Shown here: positions 39,374 to 47,119 of the stretch, piece after piece | Layout of the letters: every line of letters starts with the position of its first letter | Position numbering within the stretch: position 1 is the stretch's first letter | Assembly: GCA_963770565.1 (NCBI GenBank) | Contig: CAVYQE010000011.1 | Location: 448,001 to 512,000, forward strand | Direction of reading: 5' to 3' | DNA length: 64,000 nt | Origin: an uncultured Actinomycetota bacterium | GTDB taxonomy: Bacteria > Actinomycetota > Actinomycetes > JAFAQI01 | The notes under the pieces: model-generated | Databases searched by the model: none | Seen by the model: only the letters and a program-made list of their open reading frames with translations | What the model was told of the DNA's origin: nothing | Position numbers and translations under genes: made by a program

Positions 39374-40537
39374 ATGCGCACACAGGTCGGCATCATCGGT
39401 GCCGGTCCGGCGGGCCTGACTCTCGCTCGGCTGCTAGAGCGCGAAGGTATCGACACCGTCGTGCTCGAGTCGCGGAGCCGGGCATACGTCGAGCAGCGAG
39501 TGCGGGCCGGGGTTCTGGAACAGGCCACGGTTGACCTGCTGGATGATGCCGGCGTTGGCGACCGGATTCGAAGCGAGGGCCTTGTGCACGAGGGGGTGGT
39601 GTTCCAGGTCGACGGCGAGCGGCATCGGATCGCGCTGTCGGACCTGACCGGTCGCACCATCGTCATCTACGGCCAGCAGGAGGTCGTCAAGGACCTCGTT
39701 GGCGCGCGGGTCGCGTCCGGGCTGCCGCTGTTGTTCGAGTCCGAGTGCATTGACATCGCAGACAGCGATCTCGACCGACCGTACTGCCGCTTTCGGTGCG
39801 CGGACGGCACACTCGAAGAGCTCGAATGCGACCTGTTGGTCGGGGCCGACGGGTTCCATGGGGTGTCGCGGCCGTTCGTCGCGGCTGAGTCGACGGTCTA
39901 CGAACGCGACTATCCGTTTGCCTGGTTGGGCATCCTTGCCGAGGTCGCGCCGTCGTGCGTCGAGCTGATCTACTCGCGGCACGAACGTGGGTTCGCCTTG
40001 CACAGCTTGCGCTCGCCGAGCATCAGCCGGCTCTACCTCCAGTGCTCACCCGAGGAGAACGTCGACGACTGGTCCGACGCGCAGATCTGGGATGAGCTCC
40101 AGACTCGCTTTGCGGTCGACGGGTGGACGTTGCACGAGGGCCCGATCATCGAGAAGTCCGTCACGCCGATGCGAAGCGTGGTCGCCGAGCCGATGCGGCA
40201 CGGCCGGCTGCTGCTTGCCGGTGACGCCGGACACATCGTGCCGGCGACCGGTGCCAAGGGCCTTAACCTCGCGATCGCCGATGTGGCCGTTCTCGCCCCG
40301 CGGATCGTCGACCTGCTGCGTCACGGTACGACCTCTGGCATCGACGACTACTCCACCGTCGCGCTGCGCCGGGTCTGGCGCGCGCAGGACTTCTCGAACG
40401 AGATGACCTCGATGATGCACGCCAACCCGGATCCGTTCGAGGACCGGCGGCAGCTTGCCCGGCTGCGGTACGTCGTGTCCTCTGAAGCTGCGCAACGCAG
40501 CATCGCGGAAAACTATGTCGGCCTCCCGTTTTGGTGA
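39374..40537 (+). CDS. pobA: 4-hydroxybenzoate 3-monooxygenase
   Basis: RTQVGIIGAGPAGL, RVRAGVLEQ, YGQQEVVKDL, YPFAWLGIL, LAGDAGHIVPATGAKGLNLA, IAENYVGLP. Confidence 0.96.
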   Translation: MRTQVGIIGAGPAGLTLARLLEREGIDTVVLESRSRAYVEQRVRAGVLEQATVDLLDDAGVGDRIRSEGLVHEGVVFQVDGERHRIALSDLTGRTIVIYGQQEVVKDLVGARVASGLPLLFESECIDIADSDLDRPYCRFRCADGTLEELECDLLVGADGFHGVSRPFVAAESTVYERDYPFAWLGILAEVAPSCVELIYSRHERGFALHSLRSPSISRLYLQCSPEENVDDWSDAQIWDELQTRFAVDGWTLHEGPIIEKSVTPMRSVVAEPMRHGRLLLAGDAGHIVPATGAKGLNLAIADVAVLAPRIVDLLRHGTTSGIDDYSTVALRRVWRAQDFSNEMTSMMHANPDPFEDRRQLARLRYVVSSEAAQRSIAENYVGLPFW

Positions 40538-41811
40538 TCGGCCGGCCTGGTGCCGCCGCGCCGCGAGGGTCGACGGCCGCCGTGACGTCGCCCTCGGTGG
40601 GCCTTGCGGTCGCCGTGCTGGTCGTCGCGTTGAACCTCCGATTCGCCGTGGCGAGCGTCGGGCCGGTGCTGAACGAGGTCAAGGCCGGCCTCGGCCTGTC
40701 CTCGACCGGCGCATCGGTGCTGACCTCGGCACCGGTCTTCCTGTTCGGGCTGCTGGCCGCGGTCGCACCGAGGCTGGCCAGGCGATTCGGCCTGCACCGG
40801 GCCATCCTCGTGCTGGTCGGGGTCCTGCTCGCCGGCCTGGTGCTGCGGATCGGTCCCGACACCGCGACGCTGTTCGTCGGCACGGCCCTCGCAGCCGGCG
40901 GGATCGCGGCATGCAACGTCTTGATCCCGGTGATCATCAAGCGGGACTTCCCGGCCGCGACCGGACTGATGATGGGCCTCTACACGACCGCGGTGGTCGG
41001 CTCGGCGGCGATCGCGGCCGGACTCACGGTGCCGATCGGCGATGCCATCGGCCACGACTGGCGAGGTGGCCTGGGGATCTGGGCGATAGCCGCCGCGATC
41101 GCGTTGCTGCTGTGGCTGCCGTACGGGCGCCGCCCCGACCGGACCGACGCGGTCATCGACGTGGACGACGTACCGGTGCGGCTGTACCGCGACCGGTTGG
41201 CCTGGACGGTCACCGCCTTCTTCGGCCTCCAGTCGCTGGGCTTCTACGCCGTACTCAGCTGGCTGCCGTCGTTCTACCAGGACCACGGCTACTCCGCCGC
41301 GTCCGCGGGCGGTTTGCTGTCGTTGAGCTCCGCACTCCAGATCCCGGTCGCGCTGTTCCTGCCTTCGGTGGCGTCGCGGATGCGCAGCCAGGTCAGCCTG
41401 GCCTGCATCGCCACCGCCTTCACCGCGAGCGGGTTCGCCGGCCTGCTCCTCGCTCCGACGCCGGCCGCGGTCCTGTGGGTGGTGCTGCTCGGTATCGGCC
41501 AGGGGTCGACGTTCGCCCTCGCGCTCATCCTGCTCGTGCTTCGAACTCGCGGGCATGGGTCGACCGCACAACTGTCGGCGATGGCGCAGTCGGTTGGCTA
41601 CGTGATCGCCGGGATCGGGCCGCTCGTCGTCGGCGCGCTGCACTCGGCGACCGACAGTTGGAAGCCGCCGTTGATCGTGCTGCTGGTGCTCCTCGTGCCG
41701 CAGATCCTGACCGGTATCGCGGCTGGCGCACCTGGTTTAGTCGCAAGTGCGACCGGTCCACCGCTACCAACCACCGATGTCGCGGCGCCGCTTCGCGATG
41801 TCCCGCAATGA
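40534..41811 (+). CDS. MFS transporter (CynX-like)
   Basis: ALNLR, NVLIPVIIKRDFP, FFGLQS, WLP, LSAMAQSVGY; GTGA overlap with pobA. Confidence 0.87.
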   Translation: MIGRPGAAAPRGSTAAVTSPSVGLAVAVLVVALNLRFAVASVGPVLNEVKAGLGLSSTGASVLTSAPVFLFGLLAAVAPRLARRFGLHRAILVLVGVLLAGLVLRIGPDTATLFVGTALAAGGIAACNVLIPVIIKRDFPAATGLMMGLYTTAVVGSAAIAAGLTVPIGDAIGHDWRGGLGIWAIAAAIALLLWLPYGRRPDRTDAVIDVDDVPVRLYRDRLAWTVTAFFGLQSLGFYAVLSWLPSFYQDHGYSAASAGGLLSLSSALQIPVALFLPSVASRMRSQVSLACIATAFTASGFAGLLLAPTPAAVLWVVLLGIGQGSTFALALILLVLRTRGHGSTAQLSAMAQSVGYVIAGIGPLVVGALHSATDSWKPPLIVLLVLLVPQILTGIAAGAPGLVASATGPPLPTTDVAAPLRDVPQ

Positions 41812-41824
41812 ATGGACGTTCCTG

Positions 41825-42946
41825 ATGACCCGACGGACTGAGCCACCGTTCCGCGCCGACCACGTCGGTAGCCTGCTCCGACCTCAGCGGTTGATGCAGG
41901 CCAGAGCCCAGCGGGCCGACGGCACGATCTCCGGTGACGAGTTGCGTGCGGCCGAGGACAGCGCGATCCGCGATGTCGTGGCGATGCAGCGCGACGTCGG
42001 TCTTCAGTCCGCGACGGATGGTGAGTTCCGTCGTACTGCATGGCATATGGACTTCATCTATGCGCTCGACGGGGTGACGCAAGCCGACGAGAAGCTTCAC
42101 GTGCAGTTCTTCAACGAAGGCGGCACGATCGACTTCGCACCCGCCGCGCTGCGGATCGCCGACCGGATCCGGCTCGGGGAGACGATCTTTGCCGACCATT
42201 TCGTCTTCCTGAAGGAACAGGTCGGCCCCGGAGTGACGCCGAAGCTGACGATCCCGTCGCCGAGCATGGTGCACTATCGAGGCGGTCGGGCCGCGATCGA
42301 TGAGACCGTCTATCCCGACCTCGAGGAGTTCTGGGACGATCTCACCGCGGCGTACGCCGATGAGGTCCGCCGACTGGGCGAGCTCGGTTGTACCTACCTG
42401 CAGCTCGACGACACCAGCCTGGCCTATCTCAACGACCCGCGACAGCGAGAGCTGATCGCCTCGCTCGGCGGCGACCGCGAGCATCAGCACGAGCTGTACA
42501 TCCGCAACCTGAATCGGGTGATCGCGGCCCGGCCGCCGGGGATGCGGATCACTACCCACATGTGTCGCGGCAACTTCCAGTCGTCGTGGGCGGCCGAGGG
42601 GAGCTACGACTTCGTCGCCGAGGCGCTGTTCGGCCAACTCGACGTCGATGGCTTCTTCCTCGAGTACGACGATGCTCGCTCAGGCGGGTTCGAGCCGTTG
42701 CGGTACGTCCCCTCGGGAAAGTACGTAGTCCTCGGCCTGGTCACCACAAAGCGCGGCGTCCTGGAGCACAAGGACGACCTGAAGCGACGAATCGACGAAG
42801 CCGCCAAGGTCGTACCGCTTGAGCAGCTGTGCTTGTCGCCGCAGTGCGGGTTCTCCTCGACAGTCGAGGGCAACACGCTTAGCTACGACGAGGAGGTAGC
42901 CAAGCTCAGCCTGATCGTCGAAACCGCCGCTGAAGTCTGGTCCTAG
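41825..42946 (+). CDS. Cobalamin-independent methionine synthase-like protein (C-terminal domain only, YxjG/H-like)
   Basis: RADHVGSLLRP, TDGEFRR, THMCRGN, FLEYD, LSPQCGFSST Zn ligands. Confidence 0.88.
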   Translation: MTRRTEPPFRADHVGSLLRPQRLMQARAQRADGTISGDELRAAEDSAIRDVVAMQRDVGLQSATDGEFRRTAWHMDFIYALDGVTQADEKLHVQFFNEGGTIDFAPAALRIADRIRLGETIFADHFVFLKEQVGPGVTPKLTIPSPSMVHYRGGRAAIDETVYPDLEEFWDDLTAAYADEVRRLGELGCTYLQLDDTSLAYLNDPRQRELIASLGGDREHQHELYIRNLNRVIAARPPGMRITTHMCRGNFQSSWAAEGSYDFVAEALFGQLDVDGFFLEYDDARSGGFEPLRYVPSGKYVVLGLVTTKRGVLEHKDDLKRRIDEAAKVVPLEQLCLSPQCGFSSTVEGNTLSYDEEVAKLSLIVETAAEVWS

Positions 42947-42987
42947 CGGGGTCGTGATTCGACCGCCAGCTCGCAGCACTTCAGGAC

Positions 42988-43557
42988 TCAGTTGGAGGGG
43001 GTGGTGCGGTGGATGTTGGTGCAGGGGACGGTCGGGTTGCAGCTGACCGAGTCGACGCCGTTGATGTTGACCAGCCGCTGCACCAGGTCGTTGCGCTCGA
43101 TCAACGTCGCGGTTCCGACCAGCACCATGCGGTACGACGCCGGAGTCTGGGACCTCGAGACCGAGGTCCAGCAGGTGTAGAGGCGCTGGAACTCCTGGTA
43201 TGCCTCGTCCTGCGACTCGTAGTAGACCTTGTGCACCAGCGGGTCGGAGTGCAGGGTCGCGGCGAGCTGCGCGACCTGCGCCTTGCTGGCCGAGGTCGAG
43301 ATGAAGACCGAGACGTCGACGTGGCCGACCCACGGCGAGGCCCGGCCGACGGTCGAGCCGCTCACGGTGCTCGGGCAGGCGCTCGGCGTCGCGACCGGCA
43401 GCTGCAGGAACTTCGCGAGGTCGGGCGGGGACTCGCCGCTCGGCGAGGACAGTGCCGATGGGCTGGAGCCGGACCCGCCGCACCCGGCCGTGACGGCCAG
43501 GACTGCGATGAGCACGAAAATGGCGCGGCGCAAACGGACCAGGGTGGAGCCGGTCAC
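42988..43557 (-). CDS. Lipoprotein with a stand-alone FtsX extracellular-like domain
   Basis: Lipobox VTAGC; VSVFI...DPLVHKVYYESQDEAYQEF...TPASYRMVL...GVDSV resembles the FtsX ECD. Confidence 0.65.
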   Translation of the reverse strand: MTGSTLVRLRRAIFVLIAVLAVTAGCGGSGSSPSALSSPSGESPPDLAKFLQLPVATPSACPSTVSGSTVGRASPWVGHVDVSVFISTSASKAQVAQLAATLHSDPLVHKVYYESQDEAYQEFQRLYTCWTSVSRSQTPASYRMVLVGTATLIERNDLVQRLVNINGVDSVSCNPTVPCTNIHRTTPSN

Positions 43558-43661
43558 CGGCGCCGGATCAGGCGGAGCGCTGCGTTGCCGAGGAACACTA
43601 CCCACCACACGAGTCCGGTCAGGAAGACGACCGCAAGGACGAGCAAGGCGATGTAGCGCAC
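43554..43661 (-). CDS. Small single-TM protein (35 aa)
   Basis: MRYIALLVLAVVFLTGLVWWVVFLGNAALRLIRRR; GTGA-coupled to the lipoprotein gene. Confidence 0.45.
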   Translation of the reverse strand: MRYIALLVLAVVFLTGLVWWVVFLGNAALRLIRRR

Positions 43662-43828
43662 GTCCAAGAACCTATCCGGGCGCTTCTGAAACGCGCATGA
43701 GACGCCGGGAAACCTGGCCCCGGTGCTGGTACTCGTGTGACAGATGGGGCACACTGGGGGGCGCACACGCTCGTCCTGTCGAGTCGGGGCCGCTGGGGAA
43801 GGCGATTCACGACACGACGGAGGTCACG

Positions 43829-44320
43829 GTGAGCGCTCGAGGTGTGCTGTTCGTGCATTCCTGCCCGCCTGCGGTGCGCCCGCACGTCGAATGGGCGATC
43901 GCGGGTGTCCTCGGCGTACCCGTGCGCCTGGACTGGCTCGATCAGCCGATCCAGCCGGGCTGCCTTCGGGCCCAGTCGGGTTGGCGCGGTCCCAGCGGTA
44001 CGGCGGGGCGGATCGCCGCGTCGTTGCGGGGCTGGCCGTTGATCCGGGCCGAGGTCACCGAGGAGCCCAGCGACGGGTGCGACGGCGAGCGGTACGCGAT
44101 GACCCCCGACCTCGGCGTGTTCCGGTCGGCGATGAGCGCGAACGGCGACGTGCTGGTCCAGGAGGACCGGCTCCGCTCGGTCCTGGCCGAGGCGGGCGAC
44201 TCGCCATCCCTTCAGCACGGCTTGCAGCGGCTGCTCGGGGCGCCGTGGGACGAGGAGCTCGAACCGTATCGCTGCGCCGGCGACGGCACCCCGGTCCGCT
44301 GGCTGAGCGCGGCGGTCTGA
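43829..44320 (+). CDS. DUF3145 family protein
   Basis: RGVLFVHSCPPAVRPHVEWA, EVTEEPS.GCDGERY..TPDLG, LGAPWDEELEPYR.AGDG.PVRWL; GGAGG SD. Confidence 0.9.
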   Translation: MSARGVLFVHSCPPAVRPHVEWAIAGVLGVPVRLDWLDQPIQPGCLRAQSGWRGPSGTAGRIAASLRGWPLIRAEVTEEPSDGCDGERYAMTPDLGVFRSAMSANGDVLVQEDRLRSVLAEAGDSPSLQHGLQRLLGAPWDEELEPYRCAGDGTPVRWLSAAV

Positions 44321-44338
44321 GCCGGCGACGCGGTCCGC

Positions 44339-44344
44339 TACAGT
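44339..44344 (+). promoter_or_regulatory. Putative -10 element for the retron transcript
   Basis: TACAGT (TANNNT) 8 nt upstream of the 5' inverted-repeat arm at 44353. Confidence 0.4.
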
Positions 44345-44352
44345 CCGCGCGT

Positions 44353-44510
44353 GCGGCGGCGCGCGACTGAGCACGTCGAGGGGATCCTCGACCGCTCCGG
44401 GGCAACCCCGGGGCAGACCAATCGCGTCACGCAGGGCATCGCACGTGTCGGTTTGCGCTCCACGCAACTGCGCACGCGCACAGCGGGGCTGGTCAGCCGC
44501 GTGCCGCCGC
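44353..44510 (+). ncRNA. Putative retron msr-msd non-coding RNA
   Basis: 18-nt terminal inverted repeats 44353-44370/44493-44510 (16 WC pairs, 1 GU, 1 mismatch); G44371 in AGC context; hairpins 44375-44392 and 44394-44414; longer imperfect hairpin ~44441-44479; directly upstream of a retron-type RT. Confidence 0.72.
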
Positions 44511-44517
44511 CCGACCG

Positions 44518-45849
44518 GTGACCAGGCCGAGGACCGCAGCGGCCGTCGCCGTCAGCGCCGCGTTTCTTGACGGACCCTGGACGACGGCCGCGGAGCTCGC
44601 CCGCCGTGGCGCGGAGGCGATCGACGTCTCTCCGCGCCGGCTCGGGCCGACCGCCCGTGCGGTCCTCCGGGCCTACCAGGCTCCGCCGCGGGACCGGCCG
44701 CGCGAGCTCGCCTCCTTCGTCCTGACCCTGCCGTCGTACGAACGGCTGTGGCGACGAGGTCGACGGCCACAGGTCCGGCGCTACGCAATGCCCACTGTGG
44801 CGATGGCGCCGATGCGTTGGCACGTCCCGCCGATCGACTCGATGGCGGACCTCGCGACCTGGGCGGACCTCAGCGCCGCGCACCTCGACTGGTACGCCGA
44901 TGTGCGGTCGCTGGAGCGCGGCGCGCCGGCGGCGATGCGGCACTACGACCGCACCTGGAGCTACAACCGGCGCGGGCGAGTGCGGTTGTTGGAGCAACCC
45001 CGCCCGCGGCTGAAGGCGCTGCAGCGCCGGTTGCTGCACGAGATTCTGGACCAGGTGCCGGCCCACGATGCCGCACACGGGTTCGTGACCGGCCGGTCGG
45101 TCCGTTCCTTCGCGGCGCCGCACGGCGGTCGCGACGTCGTCATCCGCCTGGACCTGACCGCGTTCTTCGCGACCATCTCGGCCGGCCGGGTCTTCGGCGT
45201 GTTCCGCTCGATCGGCTACGCCGAGCCGGTCGCGCATTGCCTGACGGGGATCACGACCACGGTGCTGCCGCTGGCTGATCGCCGGCTGGTCCCGCCGGCG
45301 TTGCGGGACGACGACCTGGACGCGCGACGCCGGCTGCTCGAGCACCTCGCCCGTCCGCACCTGCCGCAGGGCTCGCCCACCTCGCCAACCCTCGCCAACC
45401 TGGTGGCTTACCGCTTGGACACCCGGCTGGCTGGTCTCGCCCGCGCGGCCGACGCGACCTACACCCGGTACGCCGACGACCTCGCGCTCTCGCTGCACGG
45501 CCTGGACGCCGCCCGGCGGGCCCGGCGGCTGGTCGACACCGTCCGTGCCGTCGTCCGCGAAGAGGGCTTCCGGGTCAACGATGCCAAGACCCGGATCGCC
45601 ACCCGCGGCCAGCGCCAGCTGCTCTGCGGGATCGTGGTGAACGACCGGCCCGGCGTGCTGAGACCGGAGCGCGACGAGCTGCGGGCGCTTCTCCACAACT
45701 GTCAGCAGCACGGACCCCCGTCGCAGAACCGCAACGGGCACAACGACTTTCGCGCACACCTGCTCGGCCGGATCGCGTGGATGTCATCGGTGAATCCGGT
45801 TCAGGGCGCCCGGCTGCGGCTGCAGTTCGACCAGATCACCGGCTGGTGA
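44518..45849 (+). CDS. Retron-type reverse transcriptase (start uncertain)
   Basis: LKALQRRLL, AAHGF, region-X-like FAAPH, DLTAFF, LPQGSPTSPTLANL, YTRYADDLALS, GFRVNDAKT, LCGIVVN, retron-like C-terminus; no maturase/endonuclease or Cas1 domain seen. Confidence 0.88.
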   Translation: MTRPRTAAAVAVSAAFLDGPWTTAAELARRGAEAIDVSPRRLGPTARAVLRAYQAPPRDRPRELASFVLTLPSYERLWRRGRRPQVRRYAMPTVAMAPMRWHVPPIDSMADLATWADLSAAHLDWYADVRSLERGAPAAMRHYDRTWSYNRRGRVRLLEQPRPRLKALQRRLLHEILDQVPAHDAAHGFVTGRSVRSFAAPHGGRDVVIRLDLTAFFATISAGRVFGVFRSIGYAEPVAHCLTGITTTVLPLADRRLVPPALRDDDLDARRRLLEHLARPHLPQGSPTSPTLANLVAYRLDTRLAGLARAADATYTRYADDLALSLHGLDAARRARRLVDTVRAVVREEGFRVNDAKTRIATRGQRQLLCGIVVNDRPGVLRPERDELRALLHNCQQHGPPSQNRNGHNDFRAHLLGRIAWMSSVNPVQGARLRLQFDQITGW

Positions 45850-45856
45850 ACGCGCG

Positions 45857-47119
45857 CTACGGATCGAGCCGCACCCGGACGTCGCCCTCGTCGGGTCGGA
45901 CCAACGCTGCCCAGCCGAGCGGGACGCGCAACGAGCGGTTCGGGATTGCTGCCCGCACGGTGAACCGCGCGAGCCGCCGCCGACCTTGTTCGATCACCAC
46001 CGCGGGCCGTCGCCGGAACTCCGCGGTGCGCAGGATCAGCCCGCCCGGCAGGTCGGCTGCCAACGGCGAGTCGATCGGACCGACCCGGCCCGGCGAGGCC
46101 CACCGCAGCGGCGACTCGACCACGATCGCGACCCCGCTCGGCTCGAGCGCACCGGACGCAGCGAGAAGGCGGCGGGCCAGGCCGGCGCCGACGGCCGCTC
46201 CGCGCATTGCCGCGACGTCCGCGGTCTCGGCCGGGTGCACCAGGTTGCCGGCCGCATACAACGCCTCGACACTGCACCGACCGGCAAGGTCGACGACCGG
46301 GCCGCGCGACGCGACGTCGACGGCGGCGCCGGCCGATCGGGCCAGCTCGTGGTCGGGGATCCAGTCGCCGGTGAAGACGACGGTGTCGACGCCGAGCGTC
46401 GAGGTCCGGCCGTCGGCGTGATTCACGAGGTCGACCGCGTGTACGCGTCCGTGGCCACGGATCGCAGCGACATCGGTGTCCGTCAACAGCGGGACCCGCA
46501 GGCCGCGCCGGGTCACCGCGGCGAAACCGGCGCACGACTGGTGGCGGGGCAGGTCGGTCACCATGGCGACGGTGCGGACGCCCGCTTCGCGCAACGTCAG
46601 GACGGCCGAGTACGACACGTGCTCAGCCCCGACCACGACGGCCCGCTCGCCGACCGGCAACCCGTGGAGATGCGACCACTGCTGCAGCTGGCCGGTCGTG
46701 AAGACGCCGTCGCCGCGGTCGCCGGGCACCAATCGGGCGCCGCGTGGCCGCTCGCGCGCCCCGGTCGCGAGGACGATCGCGTCGGCCGCCACTGTGCGCA
46801 CCCCGCTGGGCGAGGTGAGCGTCAGCGCGCCGGCGGAGGCCCAGCCGGTCGCCATCGTCTCGGTCTCGATCCGTACGCCGGCGTCCTCCGCCATCCGCAC
46901 CAGCCGGTCGGCGTACCGGGGTCCGCGAAGCGATCGGTGCAGGTCACGCAGGCCGAAGCCGGTGTGGTCGCAGTGCCGGGGAACTCCGCCGGCCGCCTGC
47001 TCGCGCTCGACCACGAGTACGTCGCGCACGCCCCCGACCGCTAGCGCTCGCGCCGCCGCCAGCCCGGCCGGGCCGCCGCCGACGACCACGACCTGGTGTC
47101 GGCATCCGGTCGCGCTCAC
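45857..47119 (-). CDS. NAD(P)/FAD-dependent pyridine nucleotide-disulfide oxidoreductase
   Basis: VVGGGPAGLAAA, GGVPRHCDHTGFG, LATGARER, FTGDWIPDHEL, AAGNLVHPAETAD. Confidence 0.85.
   Translation of the reverse strand: MSATGCRHQVVVVGGGPAGLAAARALAVGGVRDVLVVEREQAAGGVPRHCDHTGFGLRDLHRSLRGPRYADRLVRMAEDAGVRIETETMATGWASAGALTLTSPSGVRTVAADAIVLATGARERPRGARLVPGDRGDGVFTTGQLQQWSHLHGLPVGERAVVVGAEHVSYSAVLTLREAGVRTVAMVTDLPRHQSCAGFAAVTRRGLRVPLLTDTDVAAIRGHGRVHAVDLVNHADGRTSTLGVDTVVFTGDWIPDHELARSAGAAVDVASRGPVVDLAGRCSVEALYAAGNLVHPAETADVAAMRGAAVGAGLARRLLAASGALEPSGVAIVVESPLRWASPGRVGPIDSPLAADLPGGLILRTAEFRRRPAVVIEQGRRRLARFTVRAAIPNRSLRVPLGWAALVRPDEGDVRVRLDP

Noticed and set aside
44338-45759. 473-aa antisense ORF over the retron as a hidden effector
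   Set aside because: Typical high-GC shadow frame with no recognisable motifs; similar antisense ORFs cover ppdK, glyQS and aceE
44518-45849. RT as a group II intron, DGR or CRISPR-associated RT
   Set aside because: No maturase/endonuclease domain, no room for a large intron RNA, no TR/VR repeat pair or Avd, no cas genes or array; motifs and upstream RNA fit a retron
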